From an uncultured Acidobacteriota bacterium (GTDB taxonomy: Bacteria; Acidobacteriota; Thermoanaerobaculia; Multivoradales; JAHEKO01): a stretch of DNA of 64,000 nucleotides. The stretch covers positions 1 to 64,000 of the forward strand of contig CAVQNG010000001.1 in NCBI GenBank assembly GCA_963713825.1, read 5' to 3'. The notes beneath the pieces are model-generated. The model searched no databases, was not told the origin of the DNA, and saw only the letters and a program-made list of their open reading frames with translations. Positions 51,325-61,430 of the stretch are shown here, piece by piece (the stretch's first letter is position 1; every line of letters begins with the position of its first letter). The position numbers and the translations under genes were made by a program.

Positions 51325-52074
51325 GATCCCGATGAACGCGGCTCCCTGGACGCCAATGCGTACGCGATTGCCATCACGTGGGTGGCCGAGAAGACCCTCC
51401 TGGGCGGCAACTACGGCTTCGGGATCTTCCCCGCCTTCACCGACAACAAGTTCGAGGTCCCCATTCTCACCCTCCAGGAAAAGGTCGATACCGGCCTCAC
51501 CGATGTGTACATCCAGCCCATCACCCTTGGTTGGCACAAGAAGCGCGCCGACTACATCGCCGGCCTCGGAATCTACGCCCCCACTGGCAGGTACGCCCCG
51601 GACGCCGACGACAACCTCGGCATGGGGATGTGGAGCTTCGAGCTCTTTGGAGGCACCACGCTCTACTTCGACGACGCCAAGAGTTGGCACTTCGCCACCA
51701 CCGCCTTCTACGAGACCCACACTGACAAGGAGGACACGGACCTCAGGGTTGGAGACATCCTGACCCTCGAAGGCGGCCTCGGCAAATCCTGGATGCAGGG
51801 CGCGTTGACCGCGGGCATCGCCTACTTCGCGCAGTGGAAGGTCACCGACGACCAGGCGGGCGAGCTCCAGCCGATTTTCGATGAGCTTCAACTCGGCAGG
51901 CATCGCGGCTACGGCATCGGACCGGAGGTCACCATCCCCATCGCCACCAAGAAGAAGTTGATCGGCTTCATCAACGCTCGATTTCTCTGGGAGAATGGGA
52001 TCCGCAGCCAACTGGAGGGGACCGTCTTCACTCTCGCCGCATCGTTCCCGATCCCCAGTATCGCGCTACAGTAG
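51325..52074 (+). pseudogene. 5'-truncated SphA-family channel, duplicate of 40699-41670
   Basis: Similarity begins abruptly at DPDERGSLDANAY and runs to the identical FPIPSIALQ end; no signal peptide. Confidence 0.8.
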
Positions 52075-52122
52075 AGGAAAGCGGTCTCTCACCCCAATGA
52101 CCAAGACGGACCGGAGTGCCTA

Positions 52123-52710
52123 ATGGGAAAGAAGCTTCAACGTCGCTCACCAGAGGAAAGGCGCAAGCGAATCCAGTGGCTCTACCTGCTCGGCTGGATC
52201 TTTCTGGCTGTAATTGGACTCATAGTCAATTGGGTGGGCGTACAGCTATTCGAGCAACTGGACTGGCTCGTGCAGTGGCTGGTGCCGTCTGGGTCCTTGG
52301 CGTGGAAGATCGCAGTGGGTGTGATCCTCCTCATCGCAGTGCCTCTGGCGGCCGGCACGTTCGCGCAGTTCCTCATGGAGTTCTTCCATGGGCGGCGCAA
52401 CGTGGACGCGCTGATGCAGATGCAGCAGAAGCTCTTCGCGGAGTTGGAGCCCGGCGATCAGGGGTATCGGGTGGCACTGGTCGACACTCCCAATGCGAGT
52501 GTGAGGTCTCTGGCGGTCGTCACCGGTACCTTTGAGGAATCCGAGACGGGCCGCGAACTGGCCGCCATCTTTCTTCCCAACACCCCAGATCCGACAAAAG
52601 GCTCGATGCGAGTCGTGCCAGTGGAGGATCTTTCCTTCACCGGCTGGACGGTGGACGACCTCACCACCTTCCATCTCACCTTCGGATCGGTCAGTCCAAG
52701 AACCTGCTGA
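52123..52710 (+). CDS. DUF502-like membrane protein (paralogue of 43671-44264)
   Basis: WLYLLGW, AIFLPNTPDPTKG, FHLTFGSVSP. Confidence 0.75.
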   Translation: MGKKLQRRSPEERRKRIQWLYLLGWIFLAVIGLIVNWVGVQLFEQLDWLVQWLVPSGSLAWKIAVGVILLIAVPLAAGTFAQFLMEFFHGRRNVDALMQMQQKLFAELEPGDQGYRVALVDTPNASVRSLAVVTGTFEESETGRELAAIFLPNTPDPTKGSMRVVPVEDLSFTGWTVDDLTTFHLTFGSVSPRTC

Positions 52711-52737
52711 GATCTGCGCTCGGCACTCTGCGTGGCC

Positions 52738-52792
52738 TTGCTCTGCAGTCAGGAGAGTCGTAGAATGACTCATTGTGAGTCACTAATGACTC
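52738..52792 (+). promoter_or_regulatory. vapBC promoter and operator
   Basis: TTGCTC-17 nt-TAGAAT; overlapping palindromes TGACTCA-TTG-TGAGTCA and GAGTCA-CTAA-TGACTC. Confidence 0.65.
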
Positions 52793-52805
52793 GAGCGATG
52801 AACGG

Positions 52806-53078
52806 ATGCCGACCATGAAACAGCTGACAATTCGAGGATTCGACGAGCCGCTCGAAAGACGCTTACGAGAGATGGCTCGGGAGCAGGGAATCTCGCTCAA
52901 TCGGGCCGCGCTGGCGCTCATGCGCCGAGGTGCCGGTGTGTCCGAGAGCCGTGATGCGATCGACACGGTGGGCTCCGGCTTGGACAGCTTTATAGGCGTC
53001 TGGTCCGACGAGGACGAGGCGGAGCTCCTAGAGGCCCTCGAGCCGCTCGAGCAGATCGACCCCGAGCTCTGGTCGTGA
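52806..53078 (+). CDS. RHH antitoxin (FitA/VapB-like)
   Basis: MKQLTIRG...AREQGISLN; GTGA overlap with the PIN toxin. Confidence 0.85.
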   Translation: MPTMKQLTIRGFDEPLERRLREMAREQGISLNRAALALMRRGAGVSESRDAIDTVGSGLDSFIGVWSDEDEAELLEALEPLEQIDPELWS

Positions 53079-53527
53079 GGATTGCTCTCGACACGAACGC
53101 CTACTCGGCCCTGATGAGGGGCCACCGGGATGTCGCGGTATTGATTCGCCGCTCGGAGGTAGTTCTGGTCCCTGCCGTCGTGGTCGGTGAGCTCATCTAC
53201 GGGTTTCGGCTCGGCTCTCGCTTCGAGGAGAACGCTGCCAGGCTCGAGGCATTTCTCTCAGCTCCTTCCGTGGACCTGCTGCCAGTTACCTTCAGCACCG
53301 CGGATCGGTTCGGCCGCATAGCGGCAGCTCTTCGGCAAAAGGGCACCCCGATACCGACGAACGACATTTGGATCGCGGCCCAGGCTATGGAGGTGGGCGC
53401 GGATCTCCTGTCCTCGGACTCTCACTTCGGCGCGGTCGATGGCCTGGCGTGGCTGGCCTTCTCGTCTACGGAAGAGGACAGTGTGCGCGAGCGGGTCTGG
53501 AAGTATCACGCCGGCCAGGCTCCCTGA
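53075..53527 (+). CDS. vapC: VapC PIN-domain toxin
   Basis: IALDTNAY, GELIYG, KGTPIPTNDIWIAA, SSDSHF. Confidence 0.93.
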   Translation: MRIALDTNAYSALMRGHRDVAVLIRRSEVVLVPAVVVGELIYGFRLGSRFEENAARLEAFLSAPSVDLLPVTFSTADRFGRIAAALRQKGTPIPTNDIWIAAQAMEVGADLLSSDSHFGAVDGLAWLAFSSTEEDSVRERVWKYHAGQAP

Positions 53528-53597
53528 GCCCCACTCATATCCCCCCTGATTCCCCCCCATTTCGAGGGATGCGGAGGCCGTTGCCCGGCCTCAGAAT
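53528..53597 (+). promoter_or_regulatory. Conserved promoter motif, copy 5
   Basis: CCCCACTCATATCCCCCCTGATTCCCCCCCATTTCGA-GGGAT(53566-70)-21 nt-CAGAAT. Confidence 0.75.
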
Positions 53598-53622
53598 GAC
53601 GGTGCACAAGGAGGAAGTGACG

Positions 53623-53886
53623 ATGTCGAAGTCGCCAGTAGAGAGAGACATCGAGTTCGGTGGCCCCGCCACCTATCGCATCGTCGTTCAAGGCGAGCTG
53701 ACCCAGGACTGGAGCGGGAGGCTCGGTGGCCTGCGGATCGTGAACTGCAGCAGGGAAGGCCGGGCCGCCCGTACGCAGCTCGAAGGGCGAATCCGCGACC
53801 AGGCGGAGCTCAGCGGCGTGCTCGGCACCCTCCATGGCCTTCACCTGCCGATCCTCGAGGTTCTGGAGATCGAGGGCGAAGAATGA
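53623..53886 (+). CDS. Small ACT-like hypothetical protein (copy 2)
   Basis: AAGGAGG RBS; FGGPATYRIVVQG...LEGRIRDQAELSGVLGTLHGLHLPILEV. Confidence 0.82.
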   Translation: MSKSPVERDIEFGGPATYRIVVQGELTQDWSGRLGGLRIVNCSREGRAARTQLEGRIRDQAELSGVLGTLHGLHLPILEVLEIEGEE

Positions 53887-53927
53887 ACTGGCTTCGAAGT
53901 TCGCCTCGGCCTCAAAGGAGGAAAGTG

Positions 53928-55535
53928 ATGAGACGAAATGCAAAACAAGAACGACTGACCCTCGCTTGGGCTGCCGGCCTTCTGGCGGTGACCGCCCTCG
54001 CATGGACCACAGTCGGATGCGCGCCGCAGGGTGGGTCGCAAGGTGATACCTCCGAGGCTCAGACAGCGGTCGCTCCACCGACGATGAAGATGACCACCGA
54101 CATTCCGGCATCGATCACTGCACCGGATTCGGTGGAGACTTCGATCGGCACTCTCGAGTACTTCGACGGCGTGCCGAAGAAGGAGACGGTCAAGACCGTG
54201 TACGACTATCTCGACCGCTCGCGGGCGGTCAACGTCTATCTCAACTCGATTCCCGCCCTGTCCATGAACGCCCTGCGCGAAGGACAGGCCGCCATGGGCG
54301 CAGATTCAAGCAACAAGATCGTCATCTATGACAACCTGATGGACTCCAAGACCATCCTGCTGACCGGCAATACATCAACGATGTACGCTCTTGGGTTCCT
54401 TGACCTCCTCAAGGACGGTCCGACTGTCATAGACCTGCCGCCTGGCATGCTGGGCATTCTGGACGATATGGCTTTCAAGTACATGGTTGACCTCGGCGTC
54501 GCGGGCCCTGACAAGGGCAAAGGCGGCAAGTACCTCGTCCTGCCTCCTGGTTACAAAGGTGATGTTCCAAAAGGATACTTTGTCGTTCCTTCCAAAACCA
54601 GCGGTGTATGGGTCTTCATGCGCGGGTATCTCGATAAGAGCCTGCCGATCGAGAAGGCGATCCCGGGCGCTTCAAAGAACATCCGGGACACGCTGAAGGT
54701 TTACCCGTTGTCGACCGTGCAAAACCCGCCGGTGACGGAGTTCATCAACGTGTCCGGCAAGGACATGCACATGATCCTCCCCAATGACTACAGCGCATTT
54801 GAGAAACTGCATGCTCTGATCCAGACCGAGCCGGATGACTATCTCGGGCCGGAAGCCAAAGGCATGATGGCCGCTATAGGTATTGAAAAAGGTAAGCCCT
54901 TTGATCCAGATGCACGGATGAAGAAGATCTTGACCGATGCGGCTGACATTGCCAATGCCGCTGCCCGCGCGATCAGCTACTTCCCGCGTGACCCCGGCAA
55001 CCTGACCTTCAAGGATAGCAATGCCTGGGTTACCGCCTACGCCGACAAAGACACCACCTTCACCCGCAACGGCGCCTATCGTCTCGACCCGCGCGTCCTT
55101 TTCCACTTCGGCTACATCTGCGTTTCTCCGGCCATGGCCATGACCGTTCCTGGAAAAGGCTCCGACTACTCCATGGGAATGCTCGATTCCAAAGGCAACG
55201 TCCTGGATGGTTCCAAAACCTACAAACTGCACATCCCACCGAATCCGCCAGCCAAGGACTTCTGGGCCATCACCATGTATGACACTCAGACCCGTTCCCA
55301 ACTGCAGACCGATCAGCAGTTCCCAACCCTTGGAAGTCAGGATAAAGGCATTAAGACCAATCCCGACGGATCGATGGATATTTACTTTTCCCCGAAAGCC
55401 CCCAAAGGCATGGAAGGCAACTGGCTCCAGACCATTCCAGGAAAAGGCTGGTTCATTGCCCTGCGTATCTATGGGCCCGAACAGCCCTGGATCGACCAGA
55501 CCTGGCGTCCGGGTGAAATCGAGCTGGTTCAATAG
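53928..55535 (+). CDS. DUF1254/DUF1214 lipoprotein (paralogue 3)
   Basis: TVGC lipobox, LTGNTSTMY, FWAITMYD, LRIYGP. Confidence 0.9.
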   Translation: MRRNAKQERLTLAWAAGLLAVTALAWTTVGCAPQGGSQGDTSEAQTAVAPPTMKMTTDIPASITAPDSVETSIGTLEYFDGVPKKETVKTVYDYLDRSRAVNVYLNSIPALSMNALREGQAAMGADSSNKIVIYDNLMDSKTILLTGNTSTMYALGFLDLLKDGPTVIDLPPGMLGILDDMAFKYMVDLGVAGPDKGKGGKYLVLPPGYKGDVPKGYFVVPSKTSGVWVFMRGYLDKSLPIEKAIPGASKNIRDTLKVYPLSTVQNPPVTEFINVSGKDMHMILPNDYSAFEKLHALIQTEPDDYLGPEAKGMMAAIGIEKGKPFDPDARMKKILTDAADIANAAARAISYFPRDPGNLTFKDSNAWVTAYADKDTTFTRNGAYRLDPRVLFHFGYICVSPAMAMTVPGKGSDYSMGMLDSKGNVLDGSKTYKLHIPPNPPAKDFWAITMYDTQTRSQLQTDQQFPTLGSQDKGIKTNPDGSMDIYFSPKAPKGMEGNWLQTIPGKGWFIALRIYGPEQPWIDQTWRPGEIELVQ

Positions 55536-55606
55536 CGCCTTGTAGTCGATGATTGGCGGCTGGTTTCTCCGCCACCATGACAGAAATAGGGAAGAAGGAG
55601 GAAGCG

Positions 55607-57172
55607 ATGAGAACCGTACCGCTATTCGCATTGGCTTTGGCCAGTCTGCTGTCCACCGGCCTGGTGGCCGTCTCCTGGGCTGCACCGCCTGATTTGAAGA
55701 TGATCACGCAAAAGCCTGAAATGAAAATGACGACCCCGATTCCGGAGAACATCACCACGCCGGATAAGGTCAAGACGCCGATTGGCACCCTGGAGTTCTT
55801 CGACGGCATTCCGATCGGTGACACCAAGGATGCGGTTTACGACTACATGGATCGGGCCCGCGCGGTACAAGTCTACGTGGCTACGATACCGGCGGTCTCC
55901 ACCTACAGCCTGCGCCAGGGCAGCCTGGACATGGGGGCGACCGCCAGCAACCAGATAGTGATCTGGGAGCAGCTGGGAGACTCGAAGTCACTGGTGTTGA
56001 CCTACAACAACACCTCGCTCTACACCTGGGGTTTTCTCGACCTGGAAAGAGACGGCCCGACCGTGGTTGAGGTCCCGCCCGATGTGCTGGGCGTATTTGA
56101 TGATGGTTACATGCGCTACCTGAGCGACTTCGGTGCGGCCGGTCCGGACAAGGGCAAAGGCGGCATGTATCTTGTCCTGCCTCCGGGTTACAAGGGCGAC
56201 GTGCCAGAGGGCTACTTCGTCGTCAAGTCCACCAGTTATGTGGTGTGGAACTTCATGCGCGGCTATGTCAGGGGCAGTGTTCAGGACCCCGCCAACGTCA
56301 AGAAGTCCGCCGACAATATCGTGGATAACCTCAAGGTCTACCCGTTGGGAAAAAAAGATAATCCGCCGAAGACCGAATTCATCAATATGACCGGGAAGTA
56401 TTACAACACGGTCCCGCCGAACGACTTCAGCTATTTTGAGCGACTCAACGAGATCGTCCAGAAAGAGCCGATCAGTTTCATCGAGCCTGAAACGCGCGGC
56501 CTGATTGCGGCCATTGGCATCGTCAAGGGTAAGCCCTTCAAGCCGGATGCGCGGATGAAAGAACTGCTGACCGAAGCTGTTGCCATCGGTAATGCCTACG
56601 CGCGCGCCAATACCGTGTTCCCGCGTGATCCCGGACAGCGTATCTACGGTCCGGACAGCGAGTGGGTCATGGCCTTTCCGGACAGGAATGCTTTCTTCCT
56701 GGCCGACGGCGCCCGCCGCTACGACGCACGCTTGTGGATGCACTACAACGCCGTTGTCGTCACGCCCGCCATGGCCGGCATCAAACCAGGCCTTGGTTCA
56801 GATTACGGCATTGTCGGCATGGACTCGAAGCAACGGCCCCTGGATGGTGCGAAGACCTACAAGCTGCATCTGCCGCCCGACATACCTGTCAAGGATAACT
56901 GGTCGGTGACCATCTACGACACGCAGACCCGTTCCATGTTGCAGACCGACCAGCCGTCCGCCGGTATCAACAGCCTGGGTGCGGGGATCAACAAGAACTC
57001 CGACGGCTCCATCGACATCTACTTTGCCCCGAAAGCGCTGAAGGGCAAGGAGAGTAACTGGATCCAGACGATCCCCGGCAAAAGCTGGTTCATCCTCCTG
57101 CGCATGTACGGGCCGCTTGAGCCCTGGCTCAACAAAACCTGGCGTCCGAGTGAGTTGGAAGTGGTGGAGTAG
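55607..57172 (+). CDS. DUF1254/DUF1214 exported protein (paralogue 4)
   Basis: RBS, signal peptide, LTYNNTSLY, NWSVTIYD, LRMYGP. Confidence 0.9.
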   Translation: MRTVPLFALALASLLSTGLVAVSWAAPPDLKMITQKPEMKMTTPIPENITTPDKVKTPIGTLEFFDGIPIGDTKDAVYDYMDRARAVQVYVATIPAVSTYSLRQGSLDMGATASNQIVIWEQLGDSKSLVLTYNNTSLYTWGFLDLERDGPTVVEVPPDVLGVFDDGYMRYLSDFGAAGPDKGKGGMYLVLPPGYKGDVPEGYFVVKSTSYVVWNFMRGYVRGSVQDPANVKKSADNIVDNLKVYPLGKKDNPPKTEFINMTGKYYNTVPPNDFSYFERLNEIVQKEPISFIEPETRGLIAAIGIVKGKPFKPDARMKELLTEAVAIGNAYARANTVFPRDPGQRIYGPDSEWVMAFPDRNAFFLADGARRYDARLWMHYNAVVVTPAMAGIKPGLGSDYGIVGMDSKQRPLDGAKTYKLHLPPDIPVKDNWSVTIYDTQTRSMLQTDQPSAGINSLGAGINKNSDGSIDIYFAPKALKGKESNWIQTIPGKSWFILLRMYGPLEPWLNKTWRPSELEVVE

Positions 57173-57192
57173 TTCGCCGGAAGAAAGCAAAG

Positions 57193-57220
57193 GGCGGGAC
57201 GAATCAAATCTCGTCCCGCC
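57193..57220 (+). terminator. Intergenic hairpin (stabiliser or terminator)
   Basis: GGCGGGACGA-ATCAAATC-TCGTCCCGCC. Confidence 0.45.
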
Positions 57221-57242
57221 AAAGATAATTGGAGAAACAGAT

Positions 57243-58793
57243 ATGAAATCCAAATCACTTGTTGCCCTGGCCCTTGCCGGACTGATGATGGCTGGTATTA
57301 CCAGCACAGCATGGGCGCAAACCGGAGAGAAGAGCATTTTTGACCTTGCCGCTGCCGAAGTGAAATTCAAGCCCGGAGGCTTCAAGCCTGCTCCGGCCAA
57401 GATTGACACGCGGTACGGCGCCCTGGAATTCCCCGGTGGCTATCCAACCGAAGAGACCAGGCAGAAGGTCTACGATGAGCTCGACCTGCAGCGCGCCACT
57501 CAGCTGTACCTCGATATGTATCCCGCCCTGTCCATGCGCGGAATGATGCTTGGAACGGCACGCGATTACGGAGCAAAGAACAGCTCGGATATTTCGGTTA
57601 CGGCCGACCGGCTGGATTCCAGCGCGTTGTTCCTGACTGGCAATACAGAAAGCATCTACGCCATGATCGTGTTTGATCTCAAAGTAGATGGCCCTACGGT
57701 TTTTGAAGCGCCCGCCGGATTGATGGGACCTGTGGATGACGCGAACTTCCTGTTTGCTTTCGATATTGGCCCCACCGGCAAGGACAAAGGCAAGGGTGGA
57801 AAATACCTGCTTCTTCCTCCTGGTTACGAAGGGGATGTGCCGGACGGCTACTTTGTATTCAAGTCGCCGACCAATCGTCTCTTTTCGTTTGTTCGCGCCA
57901 ACGCGGCGGTGGTCGGAACCGGCGAGAAAGCGATGGAATTCTTCCGCAAGAACGCCAGGGTTTATCCATTGATGACCGGCCCCCGTGAAGGCAAGTTCAC
58001 CAATGTGTCAGGAATGCCCATCAATACATTGGTTCCGGAAGATGCCACCGCTTTCGAGTGGATGCATGACATCGTCAACTATGAGCCGGCCGAAGCCTTC
58101 GGCAAAGAAAAACTGGGGCGTCTCGCATCGATCGGCATTGTTCAAGGCAAGCCGTTCAACCCCGACGCCCGCATGAAGAAGATCCTGGACCAGGCCGCTA
58201 AAGAAGGCGTGGCGATGTCCCGCGTGATCGCATTCGACAGCCGCCAAGCCGCGGCGAAGGTCTATCCGAATCGCAGTTGGGAGAGTCCCTACATCGGCGA
58301 TAGCTCGAGCTTCGACCCTGACGGCTACTTCAATCTGGAGGCGCGGACGACGTTCCACTTCACCGCCGACGGCATCACGCCCGCCATGGCGGCCCAGATG
58401 CCGGACGGATTGGGTTCCCGCTACCAGACCACCTACAAGGATAAGGACAACAAGTACTTTGACGGCAACAAGACCTACAAGCTGCACATGCCGCCGAATG
58501 TACCGGTCAAGCTGTTCTGGGCGGTGACCGTATACGACCCCTGGACCCGCTGCGAGATCCAGAGCCAGCCCTACCCGAGCATCAGCAGCCAGCAGAATCC
58601 GCTGCCGAAGACCAATACCGATGGCTCCATCGATATCTATTTCTCCACGAAACAGCCGCAAGGCGTTGCGGCAGAGAACTGGGTCAAGACCCTGCCGGAC
58701 CAGGGGTTCTTCGTCTACATGCGCTACTACGGCCCACTCAAGGCCTTCAATGACAAGACGTGGGTGCCCAATGATGTCGAGCTGGTGAAATAG
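57243..58793 (+). CDS. DUF1254/DUF1214 exported protein (paralogue 5)
   Basis: Signal peptide, FLTGNTESIY, FWAVTVYD, MRYYGP. Confidence 0.9.
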   Translation: MKSKSLVALALAGLMMAGITSTAWAQTGEKSIFDLAAAEVKFKPGGFKPAPAKIDTRYGALEFPGGYPTEETRQKVYDELDLQRATQLYLDMYPALSMRGMMLGTARDYGAKNSSDISVTADRLDSSALFLTGNTESIYAMIVFDLKVDGPTVFEAPAGLMGPVDDANFLFAFDIGPTGKDKGKGGKYLLLPPGYEGDVPDGYFVFKSPTNRLFSFVRANAAVVGTGEKAMEFFRKNARVYPLMTGPREGKFTNVSGMPINTLVPEDATAFEWMHDIVNYEPAEAFGKEKLGRLASIGIVQGKPFNPDARMKKILDQAAKEGVAMSRVIAFDSRQAAAKVYPNRSWESPYIGDSSSFDPDGYFNLEARTTFHFTADGITPAMAAQMPDGLGSRYQTTYKDKDNKYFDGNKTYKLHMPPNVPVKLFWAVTVYDPWTRCEIQSQPYPSISSQQNPLPKTNTDGSIDIYFSTKQPQGVAAENWVKTLPDQGFFVYMRYYGPLKAFNDKTWVPNDVELVK

Positions 58794-58835
58794 ACGCAGG
58801 ATGAACTGTTCCGGACTGAATCAAGGAGATTCGAG

Positions 58836-60338
58836 ATGAATGAGAAACGGCTGCCTTTTCTGACGGCGATCCTGGTGATCCTGGCCGCTACCACGGCCTG
58901 GGCAGAGTCACCGACGATGAAGTACACCACCAAGATCCCGGCCAACGTCATTACCCCCGATCGCGCGGAAACCCGCCTGGGGACGCTGGAATTCACGGAC
59001 GGCTTTCCCACCGCGGAGACTTCGGAAAAAGTCTGGGACCACATGGACTTCTCCCGCGCCGTCGAGGTCATGATCATGACCACCCCGGCGGCCTCGCTGC
59101 AGGGCTTCCGCAAGGGCATCCAGAAGTGGGGGCCGGATAACGAGACCATGATCTATTGGGACGGTCGCTTGGATTCCAAGGGCCTGCTCCTGACCGGAAA
59201 CACCACGGTGGTCTACACCTTCATGTGGATCGATCTCAAGGACGGTCCCATGGTCATGGAGACCCCGCCCAACGTGTTGGGCATCATCGACGATGCGTGG
59301 TTCCGGTACGTCTGCGATTTCGGCAATGCGGGCGACGACAAGGGCAAGGGCGGGAAGTTCCTGCTGGTGCCACCCGACTATGAAGGCGCCATCCCCGACG
59401 GCTATTTCGTCAAGAAGTCCAGGACCTATGGCCATTGGCTGGCCATGCGCGGCTTCATGACGAACTTCGACCCGGATCCGGTGGTCAAGAATATGAAGGA
59501 CCACTTCCGCCTCTACCCGCTGGGCAGTGCGCCCAAGGAGGTCAATTGGGTCAATACGGCCATGCAAGATTTCAATACGCTACATGCCCAGGACGCTACC
59601 TTCTATGACGAGGTCAATCTTACGGTTCAGGAAGAGCCGGCATCGTCCCATGATGCGGAGGTTCTCGGACTGATGGCTTCCATCGGTATCCAGAAGGGCA
59701 AGCCCTTTGCACCGGACGCTCGGATGAAGAAGATCCTGGCCGAAGCGGCCGCCGTGGGCACCGCCGCCCAGCGGTCCATCCTCTTCCGCAACCGCGACGA
59801 GAACGTCGTCATCTGGCCCGGCAGCAAGAGCTGGGAGATCGGCTTCGCCGGCGGCAGCTATGAGTTCAACAACGACGGAGTCAGCCTGATCGATTCCCGG
59901 GTCCGCTTCCACTTCTATGCGACCGGGATCACGCCGGCCATGGTCAAACCACCGGTAGGCGCGGGATCGCAGTATGTAATTGGCCTGCGCGACTCCGAGG
60001 GCAAGGCGCTGGATGGCAGTAAGACCTATAAGATCCACATCCCGCCCAATGTTCCGGCCAAGCGGTTTTGGGATATCACTGTCTACGATAACCAGACCCG
60101 CTCCCTCTTGCAGACGGACAATCCCTACCCAGGAGTCACCAGTATCGATCCGGCCACTGTCGGGAATGCAGACGGTTCCTACGACGTCTACATAGGCCCG
60201 AAGAAGCCCGATGGAAAAGTGAACTGGATCCAGACCGATCCCAGCAAGGGCTGGAACATGCTGTGGCGGATCTACGGTCCGACCCAGGTCTGGTACGACA
60301 AGGGCTGGCGGCCGAGTGAGATCGAGCTGGTGAAGTAG
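58836..60338 (+). CDS. DUF1254/DUF1214 exported protein (paralogue 6)
   Basis: Signal peptide, LTGNTTVVY, FWDITVYD, WRIYGP. Confidence 0.9.
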   Translation: MNEKRLPFLTAILVILAATTAWAESPTMKYTTKIPANVITPDRAETRLGTLEFTDGFPTAETSEKVWDHMDFSRAVEVMIMTTPAASLQGFRKGIQKWGPDNETMIYWDGRLDSKGLLLTGNTTVVYTFMWIDLKDGPMVMETPPNVLGIIDDAWFRYVCDFGNAGDDKGKGGKFLLVPPDYEGAIPDGYFVKKSRTYGHWLAMRGFMTNFDPDPVVKNMKDHFRLYPLGSAPKEVNWVNTAMQDFNTLHAQDATFYDEVNLTVQEEPASSHDAEVLGLMASIGIQKGKPFAPDARMKKILAEAAAVGTAAQRSILFRNRDENVVIWPGSKSWEIGFAGGSYEFNNDGVSLIDSRVRFHFYATGITPAMVKPPVGAGSQYVIGLRDSEGKALDGSKTYKIHIPPNVPAKRFWDITVYDNQTRSLLQTDNPYPGVTSIDPATVGNADGSYDVYIGPKKPDGKVNWIQTDPSKGWNMLWRIYGPTQVWYDKGWRPSEIELVK

Positions 60339-60442
60339 TTGAATCGACAAGCCTCGAGGGGGACGGGCGACGACCCGTCCCACTTCCTCGATCCAACAAG
60401 CCAAGTGGCCTCGAAAAGTCGACGCAGAAAGAGGGACACGCC

Positions 60443-61402
60443 GTGAAGAAGAAATCTCTCCCCATCCTCGCCCTGGCTTGGGTGGCTGTGGGGCTGCCTG
60501 CGGCATCGGCCGATGAAGGCGGGGCTAGCTTCTGGCTGCCTGGGCAATACGGCAGTCTGGTGGCGACCCCGGCCGACCCCGGCTGGTCGTTGCCGTTGAT
60601 CTACTACCACGCCTCCGCGGACGCCGAAGGCGGCAAGGAGTTCTCTCTCGGCAGCACGATCACTCTGGGGGTGGATCTCGGCGAGGACCTGTTGATCGTG
60701 GTGCCGACCTACACCTTTCACAATTCTGTCTTCGGCGGTCAGGCGGCGATCAGCATGGCAGCTTTCTACGGGGGAGTGGATGTCGCCGCCGCCGCCACGC
60801 TGACGGGTCCGGGCGGGGAGATTCTGTCCGGAAGCGTCAGCGATTCCGCCACCGAGCTCGGGGATCTCTTCCCTTCCGCTTCCTTGCGTTGGAATCACGG
60901 GGTGCACAACGGCATGACCTACGTGATGCTCGGCGTGCCGGTGGGAGCCTACGACGTCGATCGCCTCGCGAATCTAGGCACCAATCACTGGGCAGTGGAC
61001 GCCGGCGGGGGCTACACCTACTTCAACACCAAGACCGGCTTGGAGTTCTCGGCGGCGGGTGGCCTCACCTACAATTTCGAGAATCCCGCCACTCACTACA
61101 AGAACGGCATCGATGCGCACCTCGGTTGGGGCGCTTCGAGATTCACGTCTGAGCAGGTGCAGGTCGGTCTGGTGGGCTATTTCTACTACCAGATTACCGG
61201 TGACAGCGGCGCCGGTGCCGTCCTGGGCGACTTCAAGTCCCGCGTCAACGGCGTCGGGCCGCAGTTTAGCTACCTCTTCAACCTGGGCAAGAAGCAGGTC
61301 TACCTGAACGTCAAGGGCTATTGGGAGTTCGGTGGTAGGTACCGGCCCGAAGGCTGGAATACCTGGCTTACCCTGTCTGTGCCGATCGGTGGATCATCGT
61401 GA
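60443..61402 (+). CDS. SphA / Phenol_MetA_deg-family outer-membrane channel
   Basis: ADEGGASFWLPG, PVGAYDVDRLANLG, ENPATHYKNG, VGYFYYQITGDSG. Confidence 0.88.
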   Translation: MKKKSLPILALAWVAVGLPAASADEGGASFWLPGQYGSLVATPADPGWSLPLIYYHASADAEGGKEFSLGSTITLGVDLGEDLLIVVPTYTFHNSVFGGQAAISMAAFYGGVDVAAAATLTGPGGEILSGSVSDSATELGDLFPSASLRWNHGVHNGMTYVMLGVPVGAYDVDRLANLGTNHWAVDAGGGYTYFNTKTGLEFSAAGGLTYNFENPATHYKNGIDAHLGWGASRFTSEQVQVGLVGYFYYQITGDSGAGAVLGDFKSRVNGVGPQFSYLFNLGKKQVYLNVKGYWEFGGRYRPEGWNTWLTLSVPIGGSS

Positions 61403-61430
61403 CAGCAGGAGCCCTCGCAAGGAGATCGAA

